Made by a program: the position numbers and the translations under genes. DNA of 64,000 bases from Candidatus Poribacteria bacterium. Lineage in GTDB: Bacteria; Poribacteria; WGA-4E; PCPOR2b. Shown here in pieces: positions 52,394-61,326 of the stretch. Each line of letters begins with the position of its first letter. Positions within the stretch are counted from its first letter, which is position 1. Where the stretch lies: positions 1,728,001 to 1,792,000 of the forward strand of contig OZ244587.1 of NCBI GenBank assembly GCA_965218095.1, written 5' to 3'. The notes below the pieces were generated by a model that had not been told where the DNA came from, searched no databases, and was given only the letters and a program-made list of their open reading frames with translations.

Positions 52394-53497
52394 ATGGGGA
52401 ATTACCGAAAGTCCATTTCAATTTCAGTCGTTTTTTGTACGATTTGCTTTTTCATGCTAACACCGATGACTTTGGCACAGAAGGCACCAACGTTCAGCCT
52501 TGCTTGGAGCGAATATCCGTCATGGAGCGTCTTCGGCGTCGCTCATGAATTTAAACTCATTGACGGCAGAGAAGGGGTGATGGAGGAAATCGAAAAAAAG
52601 TGGGACGTTGATATTAAGTTAGAAGAGCTCGATTATGATTCGTGCATGGCGCTTTATGCAAGCCTCGGCTGCGATGCCGTGTGTCTCACAAATATGGACT
52701 CGCTAAATCCAGCGTTGAGTCGTCAGTCAGTTGCCATCCTTCCCACGAGTACAAGCTATGGGGCTGATGCCTGCATTGTCGTCGGTGGCATTACGGAGAT
52801 GATTCAACTCAAAGGGGTTGATGTCTACGGTCTTGCAAAATCGGTGTCTGAGTACTGCTTTGTACGCAATCTTGAGGTGAACAACCAAAACGAAAGAGAC
52901 TACAAGTTTACCAATATGGATCCAGCCGCCGCTGCACTCGCAATGCAGCAGGGACAAAAGGGCTATCAAGCCATTGTCGTCTGGAATCCATTTGTGCTTG
53001 AGACGCTGAATAAAAGAAAAGATGCGCGAGTCCTTTTTGATTCAACCGCTATTCAGGGGGAGATTATTGATATGGTCGTCATGGCTCAGGCTTCCCTGGA
53101 TAAGCCCGGAGGCGATCAGTTCGCCGCCGTTGTTATCGAGGTTTTCTATAGAATTAACGAGATGCTAGCCGATCCGGACCCTGAACTTGCAAACGATACC
53201 TTGATTGCGATTGGAGAGAAGTTCTCCCATCTTGGCTTGAAGGATATGAGAAAGGTGATGCGGCAAACGCTGTTTTACAAAACGCCGAAGGATGGAAAAG
53301 GCTTGTTTGTGAGTGACAAACTTCCCAAGATTATGGAGAAGGTCGTGGGTTTTTGCGTCAGCCATGATATTGTTGATCAAAAGCCGACGATTGCTTACGG
53401 CCCCAAAGGCCAGGCACCAGATGTTAACTTACGGTTTGATCCGATGTACATTGAAAAATATGTGAAGAGTTATGATCAGAGACCCAATTTCAAATAG
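52394..53497 (+). CDS. ABC transporter substrate-binding protein (NitT/TauT class)
   Basis: Signal peptide; AWSEYPSW, TNMD, TSYGADA, VWNPF and GEIIDMVV motifs. Confidence 0.85.
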   Translation: MGNYRKSISISVVFCTICFFMLTPMTLAQKAPTFSLAWSEYPSWSVFGVAHEFKLIDGREGVMEEIEKKWDVDIKLEELDYDSCMALYASLGCDAVCLTNMDSLNPALSRQSVAILPTSTSYGADACIVVGGITEMIQLKGVDVYGLAKSVSEYCFVRNLEVNNQNERDYKFTNMDPAAAALAMQQGQKGYQAIVVWNPFVLETLNKRKDARVLFDSTAIQGEIIDMVVMAQASLDKPGGDQFAAVVIEVFYRINEMLADPDPELANDTLIAIGEKFSHLGLKDMRKVMRQTLFYKTPKDGKGLFVSDKLPKIMEKVVGFCVSHDIVDQKPTIAYGPKGQAPDVNLRFDPMYIEKYVKSYDQRPNFK

Positions 53498-54272
53498 ACT
53501 GCGGTTTTTTTTTGGCTTCCTCTCCGTTGCTATACTAATCTGCGGTTACTTCTATCTGTCCCACCGGCAGCACCTGAAAAACCCCGCTGATACCACCATG
53601 CCAAGTCTTTCTCAACTGAAAGATGGAATCAAAAAGATTACCACACCCCACAGGCGTTCAAAAGAGATATGGCTATTTGAAGATCTGAAAGCCACAGGTC
53701 TGAGGCTGGCTCTGGGGCTTTCAGCAGGTATCATCTCTGGAGTCGTCGTCGGGCTAATTATGGGGTGTTTTGCTGTTGGGGAGGCGTTTTTTCTTTTTCC
53801 ATTGTCATTTGCGTCAAAACTCAATCCAATCGCCATGCTTGCCGTATTTTTCGTCATGGTCGGTACCGACACGGAGCTATATGTTGCGATGATTGCTCTT
53901 GGCGTGATGCCAACTTTTGCGCAGACCATTTATTTGGCGGCAAAGAATGATGTCCCTGAAGAATTAATTCACAAAGCCTACACGTTGGGAGCAACACACA
54001 TTGAAGTCATTCTGAGCGTTATCTTTCGGCAGATTTTTCCACGAATTCTCGATTCGATTCGTCTCCAGCTTGGTCCGGCGCTGGTCTATCTTATTGCTGC
54101 CGAAATGGTTGTCGGACACGTCGGCTTTGGCTACAGAATCAGACTTGAATACAGAATTCTCAATATGAATGTTGTGTATCCATATATTGTGCTATTGGCA
54201 TTGTTCGGTTATGCCGCTGATTATGGACTGCGATTTCTACAAGGGAAATTCTTCCCTTGGTATGGGCGCTGA
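53472..54272 (+). CDS. ABC transporter permease (NitT/TauT class)
   Basis: KAYTLGA EAA loop and LIAAEM..GFGYRI; about six TMs. Confidence 0.9.
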   Translation: MIRDPISNRLRFFFGFLSVAILICGYFYLSHRQHLKNPADTTMPSLSQLKDGIKKITTPHRRSKEIWLFEDLKATGLRLALGLSAGIISGVVVGLIMGCFAVGEAFFLFPLSFASKLNPIAMLAVFFVMVGTDTELYVAMIALGVMPTFAQTIYLAAKNDVPEELIHKAYTLGATHIEVILSVIFRQIFPRILDSIRLQLGPALVYLIAAEMVVGHVGFGYRIRLEYRILNMNVVYPYIVLLALFGYAADYGLRFLQGKFFPWYGR

Positions 54273-54343
54273 TAGTAAATAAGTTCATTGGTTCAGGAGT
54301 ACAGAAGTTCATTCACGCCTTACGTTTCGCTATGCTTTACCCC

Positions 54344-55293
54344 TAATAGACGATTACAAGATGTCGGATAAACTTAGTCATCATCAGGGAATCACGGGGG
54401 TTGGCTTTGTGCAAAAGCAGATGGGATAAGGCTTTGAACCGGTTGTCGGCATCGAAAATCTCAGATGGATTGGACAGTTGGGCCGAAAAGCGGTATGCTC
54501 CCTGGGATTGATAACTCAAAAATTGAGACAGAGGAGAATACCAATGAATTGTGAGTATCATAACCTACCGCCCACCTTTCAGCAAGAGTTTTTCGATCTG
54601 CTTGATGAAGTTCAAACCCAAGGCATAGAGCCCGTAGTGTTAGAAGCATTGTTAATTGCCCCATTGGTCAGTGACCACATCGCCGAAGTGGAAACCGTTG
54701 CCGTCCAACGACTAGATACGTTGCGTGAGGCGTTGAGAACAAATGCCATCCCAATAATGAGACTATTGAGTCGGCTCTCTTTCTTGCTCTTTTTGGAATA
54801 CCTCACTCGATTTTTTTCGCAAAACAACCCTGGCAGAAAACGCGATGGCGAATTGTCCTTTGTGGGGATGATTCACTTTTGGTCCATGCCGAAGAGAGCC
54901 ATCAACCCGATGTGGTCAACATTTGGAGTACCCTTTATAAGACCTACCGCAAGGCACATGATCTCATTGTTTTGGGAATCACCATCGGTTCCAAGACAGG
55001 AGCGTTCTTCTTTCCACTTTGGGTGGAATTGTGGCGTCAACCGAGCCAAAGAAAACAGCCCCGTCCCCAACGAATGGCGGCTGCGCTATTGCGGCTGAAC
55101 CAACAGGTTAAAGATACCGGGTTGAGCTTAGAAGGCATTGATTTTGCCACCGACAATGGATACCTCTCGCCAACTGTTGCTAAAGCGGTTGACGCATCTG
55201 GTTTGATTTTGACGACCCGGTTCAGATCCAATCAACCGGTGACACCCCTTGATGGTGAATCCATCGTGATTCGGGATTTGTAATCGTCTACTA
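54344..55293 (+). mobile_element. Internally deleted DDE IS (IS701/IS4-like), frameshifted transposase fragment
   Basis: 16-bp TIR TAATAGACGATTACAA / TTGTAATCGTCTACTA; GDDS and ATDNGY acidic motifs. Confidence 0.7.
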
Positions 55294-55310
55294 CTAAGAA
55301 AAGGCAAATT

Positions 55311-56237
55311 ATGGAAACTGTACTTGAATGCAAGGGGGTTACCCATTATTTTGGTGAAAATCGGGTGCTTCATGACATCAACCTTCAAGTGGTTAGAGGG
55401 GAGATCGTCTCATTAGTTGGACCGAGCGGCTGTGGGAAATCCACTTTGCTTCGAGCAATCTTAGGAACCCATCCGCCACATAAAGGCGAAATATTGGTCA
55501 GTGGGAGGTCCGTCAAAGGTGCCGGAAGGGACAGGGGAATTGTTTACCAGCGTTATTCACTCTTTCCATTTCTGACAGCGCAGAGAAATGTGACACTGGG
55601 ATTGCTTTTTGATCAGAATTCACTTTTTGACAGGTTTGTTAAGTATTTTGTCTGGAGGAAAGAGAAAAAAAGACACCTTGACGAAGCTACGGCGCTGCTT
55701 CAAAAATTAGGACTTGGTGATGCACTGAACCTTTATCCATATCAGATGTCAGGAGGGATGTGCCAGCGGGTTGCAATCGCCCAGGCCGTTATCATGAAAC
55801 CCCAGATTCTCCTTCTGGATGAACCTTTTGGTGCCCTTGATGAGGCAACTCGCGAGGAACTTCAGAAAATGCTGCTGACTTTCTATGCAGAGAACCTTGC
55901 GGCGATGAATAATGGAGAGCAACCCCCGTATACGATCATTATTGTCACCCATGAACTTAATGAAGCCATCTACGTTGCAGATCGAGTGGTTGCGCTTTCG
56001 CAGTATTGGAACTGGCGAGAAAAGGAATTTGAAAACTTCCCCGGTGCCACAATCGTGTATGACCAAATGGCGCCTGCTTTTGCGCCGACTGATGAGATCA
56101 ATTACGTACAGTTTCTTGAACAACGGACAGAGATCCGGACAGCGGCATTTGATCCGAATTATCGCCAGGAACGGGATGACTTCAATAAATTCTGGGGACA
56201 GGTACATGAAAATGAAGAGGAGGTGTTTGAGCGATAG
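55311..56237 (+). CDS. ABC transporter ATP-binding protein (NitT/TauT class)
   Basis: GPSGCGKS, MSGGMCQR, LLLDEPFGALD and VTHE motifs. Confidence 0.95.
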   Translation: METVLECKGVTHYFGENRVLHDINLQVVRGEIVSLVGPSGCGKSTLLRAILGTHPPHKGEILVSGRSVKGAGRDRGIVYQRYSLFPFLTAQRNVTLGLLFDQNSLFDRFVKYFVWRKEKKRHLDEATALLQKLGLGDALNLYPYQMSGGMCQRVAIAQAVIMKPQILLLDEPFGALDEATREELQKMLLTFYAENLAAMNNGEQPPYTIIIVTHELNEAIYVADRVVALSQYWNWREKEFENFPGATIVYDQMAPAFAPTDEINYVQFLEQRTEIRTAAFDPNYRQERDDFNKFWGQVHENEEEVFER

Positions 56238-58054
56238 CTGTCAAAAGTCCGAAGTATGAATTTCTGTCTCAAGCGGGAACGATAATAAACGCAGGGACCT
56301 CGAAAAGCATCATCCTTGCAGGAAATATTCATGACCTTTTCTTTTTTGATGATGGAGGGGGAAATGAGGGTTATGTGCCACTCGTTTCACTCCTGACGCG
56401 CACCTGGGATGTGCCCGGGTTTATCCTGATGGTTTATGAACTGAACGGTCCCATCAGATTTTTGGGAGCGAGCGACAAGGAAAAGCTGAGAAAGACGTTC
56501 AGTTTATGGAGACAAGATACCGATCAAAACCTGCTCTCCAAAGACACCATTCGTTATCTCATTCCGGGGAGGGGAACAAAATCTGCAGAAGAGCAATTCG
56601 ACACATATCTGAGGAACTCTATTGGAAACCCAACTGTTGCCCTTGAATTGCTCAGGCAACTATGTCTGCTTTCCCGAGGAACTGATGAGTTTGGCACAAA
56701 ATTGTTGAAAGAAAAGTTGTTGATTATTGTTGAGGCGGCTGATATGTTAATGCCGGAGGGAGAAATCCCGAGACTCTCCCAGGCGGATCGGCATAGGGTA
56801 GGCATTGCGCACGATTGGATTCTTGATCCGGATTTCATGAGTGGGAAAGATGTTGTCATCTTTATCACAGAATCCAAAAGTTTGATGAACTCAAGAATCA
56901 CGAGGCTTCCTCAAGTAGCAACCGTTGAAATTCCGTCGCCCGGTGTAGATGAGAGAAAACATTTTATTTCCCGGTTTAATAGAACCCAAAAACCCAAAGG
57001 GAAGGGGTTGCGTCTCTGGGGTACACAGGAGCAAGTCGCCATGCTGACAGCGGGGCTTTCTATCCATGCGTTGCGACAACTCCTCATCACGGCTTGTTAT
57101 TCCGGGGAAAAACTCCAGCCCCAAGATGTGATTCAGAAAGTTGGCGATTTTATTCAAGGACAAATGGGCGAAGATGTTGTTGAATTTAAGAAACCGGCTC
57201 ACGGCTTGAAAGACGTGGTCGGAAATCAACGATTGGTTGCTTTCATTCAGACTAGGCTTCTGCCGCGTCTCACCTCAACCGGTCCGGATGCAATTGCCGG
57301 TGCTGCGGTTGGTGGTCCCATTGGGAGTGGAAAGACATTCATCTTTGAGGGGCTGGCCGGGGATCTGGACATTCCCGTTTTGGTCCTCAAAAACATCAGA
57401 AGCATGTGGTTTGGCCAAACAGACGTGATCTTTGAACGCCTCAGGCGTCTACTCGCGGCACTCGTTAAAGTAATGATCTTTGTTGACGAGGCGGATACCC
57501 AATTCAGTGAAATCGGCAGAGATGCTCACGCCACTGAGCGCCGGTTAACAGGAAAGATACAGGCAATGATGTCAGATCCGCAGCTCAGGGGCAATATTAC
57601 GTGGTTACTGATGACCGCCCGAATCTACAATTTGTCGCCCGATCTCCGACGGGAGGGAAGGGTCGGTGATATGGTCATACCGGTTCTTGATCCCAACGGT
57701 GAAGATCGGAAAGCGTTTGTTAAATGGGCAATTCGTGACGTTTTTAACGGCTCCGCCAGCGATGCGGTTATTGAAAAAATGTCGCAAATCACGGAGGGAT
57801 ATTCTGCGGCAAGTTTTGCCTCACTTCGCTCTGACTTGCGTGCAGAAGGCGTCCCCTTATCAATCGAGCAAATTCTTGAAATCGCTTCTGACCGGATTCT
57901 CCCGGACATTGGTCCTGTTAGAAGATATCAAACGCTGCAAGCATTAATAAACTGCACACGGAAATCGTTACTTCCAGAAGACTATTCTCACCAAATGCGG
58001 GCTGAATGGATGGCGGAAGTCAGAAGGCTTGAACAGATGGGGGTCGGGCGTTAA
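56234..58054 (+). CDS. AAA+ ATPase with degenerate N-terminal AAA module and active C-terminal module
   Basis: GPIGSGKT, IFVDEAD and PDLRREGR motifs; frame open back to ATA at 56234 after GAGGAGG (IILAGNIHDLF); start uncertain. Confidence 0.85.
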   Translation: MAVKSPKYEFLSQAGTIINAGTSKSIILAGNIHDLFFFDDGGGNEGYVPLVSLLTRTWDVPGFILMVYELNGPIRFLGASDKEKLRKTFSLWRQDTDQNLLSKDTIRYLIPGRGTKSAEEQFDTYLRNSIGNPTVALELLRQLCLLSRGTDEFGTKLLKEKLLIIVEAADMLMPEGEIPRLSQADRHRVGIAHDWILDPDFMSGKDVVIFITESKSLMNSRITRLPQVATVEIPSPGVDERKHFISRFNRTQKPKGKGLRLWGTQEQVAMLTAGLSIHALRQLLITACYSGEKLQPQDVIQKVGDFIQGQMGEDVVEFKKPAHGLKDVVGNQRLVAFIQTRLLPRLTSTGPDAIAGAAVGGPIGSGKTFIFEGLAGDLDIPVLVLKNIRSMWFGQTDVIFERLRRLLAALVKVMIFVDEADTQFSEIGRDAHATERRLTGKIQAMMSDPQLRGNITWLLMTARIYNLSPDLRREGRVGDMVIPVLDPNGEDRKAFVKWAIRDVFNGSASDAVIEKMSQITEGYSAASFASLRSDLRAEGVPLSIEQILEIASDRILPDIGPVRRYQTLQALINCTRKSLLPEDYSHQMRAEWMAEVRRLEQMGVGR

Positions 58055-58271
58055 TATCAGTAACTCGCCTGACAAACCTTGCAAGCAGTGATTAACATGC
58101 CTATTTTATTGAACTGCCGAACTTTCATCTTTCACTTCCCCAACTCTCGATTCCGATAGAGAAGTGAATCTACCTGCTCAAACATCTCCCCACATTTGAT
58201 GAGATTCCCCAAGCGTTCTCCGAAGGTTATCTCTAAGAGTTGGACTGGTATCTAATATCAATTCTCAGTTT

Positions 58272-58388
58272 AATTAATTTTCAAAAAGAAAGTAATGGTT
58301 TGTAGTGAGGCGATTCATTACTGTCCCAAACGCGCAATGAATTGCGCTACTACAAACGGAATGTATAGTTTAATCCTGAAAATTACTT
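58272..58388. repeat. 117-bp REP-containing MITE, copy 2 (inverted)
   Basis: Reverse-complement match to 39912-40028. Confidence 0.85.
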
Positions 58389-58413
58389 AAACCCGAAACG
58401 GTATTATTCCATA

Positions 58414-58683
58414 TCAAGCAGTCGCAATCTTATTGATCTCAAGCGCAAGGCGGGCCTTCGTCCGATTTGCCATGTCTTTTTTGATAACGCCCTTCCCTAC
58501 AGCTCGGTCAAGTTGGCTGGCAGCTTGGCGATACAATTCCTGCGCCTGTTGCGCATCCCCATCTGCAATTGCTGATTCGGTTTGCTTCAACATCGTTCTC
58601 AGCGCGGACTTCCGCTGAGAGTTCCGATCTCGCTTCTTTTTATCAGCGCGGACATGCTTCATCCCAGACTTTCTAGTGGGCAA
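58414..58683 (-). CDS. rpsT: 30S ribosomal protein S20
   Basis: KSGMKHVR..RNSQRKSALRT..LDRAVGKGVIKK..ANRTKARL; GGAGG RBS. Confidence 0.93.
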   Translation of the reverse strand: MPTRKSGMKHVRADKKKRDRNSQRKSALRTMLKQTESAIADGDAQQAQELYRQAASQLDRAVGKGVIKKDMANRTKARLALEINKIATA

Positions 58684-58702
58684 TTCAACTCACCTCCATT
58701 CG

Positions 58703-58999
58703 TTATTGATTTTTTTTATTCGGATGTTGTTCATTCCAAAGTTTTTCATAACCCTCTACTAACTCGTTGAGTCTCTCCAATATCTCTGTCCAGAGCACCA
58801 TCAATGGTTTATTTAAGTCATTGAGCCAAAACTGCTTTGCGAGTCCGTGTGCAGCAACGGCTATAGAAACAGCACCAGAACTACAGAATGGCTCAATAAG
58901 ACAACGCACAGCACTTGGGAAATGCGGAAGAATATATCGCGCAATCCCTCGCTTACTCCCCTGATATGGAAATGGGTGTGGGATATTCAACGTTTTCAT
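58703..58999 (-). pseudogene. Truncated Dam/D12-class DNA adenine methyltransferase
   Basis: PFPYQGSKR, IEPFCSSGAV and LNDLN motifs; no DPPY half. Confidence 0.85.
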
Positions 59000-59029
59000 G
59001 GGAGTTCGGTCGTTGTAACTTCGCCAGTA

Positions 59030-59629
59030 TTATTTCGTCTTTTCCCGACCTGCCTCGCGCAAGTTTGATGCAAGCGCTTCAAGTTGGCTCCCGACTTTTT
59101 TGATATCAACATCTATGCCTTGATGGATTAGTTGATAGCAAAGGTCTTCCCAATTTTTGCATAGATCCCATGCTAACCGGCATATTTCGAGTCGGATATC
59201 AAATTCCAAAGGAAGTAACAATGTTTGGATTTTATCAAATCGGACACCTGCTGAAACGCTAAGGGCATCCCTGATTGAATCGTTCTGTTTAGAAACCCTA
59301 TTGACGACATTTTTACATTCATCCAGCGTCAGTTTTTCCTCTATAATGGCAAGGGCTAACAACCATTGGTCGTCTTTATTCTTAAGGCGGGATATTTCAT
59401 AGCCTTGCGTAATTCCAATTTGCCCTTGATCGATTTTCCATTGAATACCTTTCGGGAGTTGGAAGATGCGATTTCTTGAATTCAAGAAATTGGGAGACAC
59501 ATTCAATTGCTGTGCAATTGCTTTATAGGAATGATATTTTTGATACAAAACATCAACAGCTTTCCCAATTTCAGATGGTTTTTTCCCTTCAGGGGCAGTT
59601 AGATACTCTATTGCAGCCTTCTCCTCCAT
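59030..59629 (-). CDS. Hypothetical protein resembling a ParB HTH/central region
   Basis: SYKAIAQQLNVS..IFQLPKGIQWKIDQGQIGITQGYEI; coupled to upstream gene by TAATG. Confidence 0.6.
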   Translation of the reverse strand: MEEKAAIEYLTAPEGKKPSEIGKAVDVLYQKYHSYKAIAQQLNVSPNFLNSRNRIFQLPKGIQWKIDQGQIGITQGYEISRLKNKDDQWLLALAIIEEKLTLDECKNVVNRVSKQNDSIRDALSVSAGVRFDKIQTLLLPLEFDIRLEICRLAWDLCKNWEDLCYQLIHQGIDVDIKKVGSQLEALASNLREAGREKTK

Positions 59630-60486
59630 TACCTTGCCCCCCTCTTGAGAACGTCCGTTACCATATGACTAATAATTGTAGATTCATCTTCCAAACCTCG
59701 TGATCGGCCCCATTGCAATAACTCATCATGCAAGTCACTAGGAATTGCATATTGCACAACGTGACTCGATTCGCTAACCTTTTCCGTTACATACGCAGTC
59801 AAGTCTGCAATAGAGGCTTTGTGCTTTAACTGTTCTAAAGCCTTAACTGCATGTTCCCGACTGTCTCTGTCCAGATCAAGAATCCATGAGGCTCGCTCTC
59901 TCATCGCCTCCTGTGAGTGTTCAAAACGTGAGGCATCGAAGGTGTTTAGCACAATTGCGCTCGCATTTGCTGTAGTGAGGATTCCCTTATCTACCATTTG
60001 CTTCAGGTCTTCGGGCAATACAGATAACCTAAAATATCTCATAACTGTTTGGAGCGTTACACCAAGATACTTAGCTGCAAGTTCGAGCGCCTCTTGTCCC
60101 GTATATCCTTCGCCGCTATACCGCTTGTATATTCTCTCTGTCCAGTACGCCCGGTCACTATATGTCAGATCTCCCCGCACCTCGTTTTCAAGCCATGAAC
60201 GCTGAATGGCTTCGTCGTCATTCAATTCGAGTATAAAAGCGGGAATTTCTTCCAGTCCGATTGCTAAACACGCCTTTAGCCTGCATTGCCCGGTAACATG
60301 CTGATAATCGTATGCGGATGCAGGATCGGGATGTGGTCGAACGATAATGGGCTAATCTGGCCAATAACCGTGTTGCTGAATAGAGGCTTTGACTTCCTCA
60401 ACATTCTGTTCTACGCCTTGTCTACGAACATTGATTTCACTATCAGGATCAATAAGGTTAACTTTGAGATTCTGAACTAGACTCAT
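59629..60486 (-). pseudogene. ParB/Spo0J-like protein with in-frame TAG at 60352-60354
   Basis: NVR..SIQQHGYWPD*PIIVRP..TGQCRLKA..IPAFI..ENEVRGDL plus HTH, all in one frame. Confidence 0.8.
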
Positions 60487-60533
60487 TTTTACTTCCCCTT
60501 TTCATGTAGGATGTTGCGCAGTTATCCGTTGCT

Positions 60534-60621
60534 TCCTAACGACCAAAGTTCAGTTGCGGCGAGAGGTTACAAGACAACCGACCGACCGCCTAAACCCGTC
60601 ATCTGTCAATTGATATTATAA
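60534..60621 (-). other. Degenerate integron attC-like site
   Basis: Minus strand TATAAT-ATCAATTGACAGATGACGG...CCGCAACTGAACTTTGGTC-GTTAGGA; imperfect stem with bulges. Confidence 0.5.
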
Positions 60622-61178
60622 AACGAAAATCCCCAGAATTCACAAGAAATAAGGGAGAAAAACTTTTTATTACTCAGGTAACTCATGAGTAAGTTTCGAC
60701 GTTTTCGAGGGGTTTTTGCCGTCTTCGGTGTAAGCGCCTCTCCTTCCCCTTCTTCGTCTGATGTTTTTGTTTCATCTTCGATACCTGACGGCGCCTCTTC
60801 AGTTTCACGTCCTTCCGGGTCAGCTTGAGAGGGCAACTTGTCGGATTCAGCCATATCCGCCTGATTGATGTCCGAAAAGTCCCCGTTATCTTCAGCCGGG
60901 TCATCAGCGTCCAAATTCAGTTCGTCTGCGTCATCAGTATCTGACTGCTTTGATTCAAAGACCTGTTTCAATCGCTCGGCTTCGGTTGACAATCTGCAGG
61001 GAACACCTTGAATTCCCGATTGCTTGACCGCTGTATCTTCCTCAAGGTTTTCTTTCCCTCCATCCGCGGACATTACCGCCACATCTTCTACTTCTTCCTG
61101 TTCAATCTCTGATATTGATATGGCTGTTTCATAGATAGTTTCAACTTGTTTGGTGATACCTTCAAGTGAATCACTCAT
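60606..61178 (-). CDS. Acidic low-complexity hypothetical protein, possibly truncated
   Basis: GGAGG RBS; D/E-rich; stop lies in the attC-like site. Confidence 0.55.
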   Translation of the reverse strand: MSDSLEGITKQVETIYETAISISEIEQEEVEDVAVMSADGGKENLEEDTAVKQSGIQGVPCRLSTEAERLKQVFESKQSDTDDADELNLDADDPAEDNGDFSDINQADMAESDKLPSQADPEGRETEEAPSGIEDETKTSDEEGEGEALTPKTAKTPRKRRNLLMSYLSNKKFFSLISCEFWGFSFYNIN

Positions 61179-61326
61179 TGTACGCCTCCATATAATCCGC
61201 AGGCGAGTTTAAATGATAGCATAATCCGCCCCTTTTGTCCAAACCTTTTGGTCAGCTTGACACGAAAAATGATCAGTTCGTTCCCGGGTATAAGTGCCAG
61301 CTTACATGTAGTTTCTCCTGGAACGA

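Noticed and set aside
3622-60354. Genome-wide stop-codon reassignment
   Set aside because: TAG and TGA both terminate conserved core genes at the expected lengths (cysK TAG, queC TGA)
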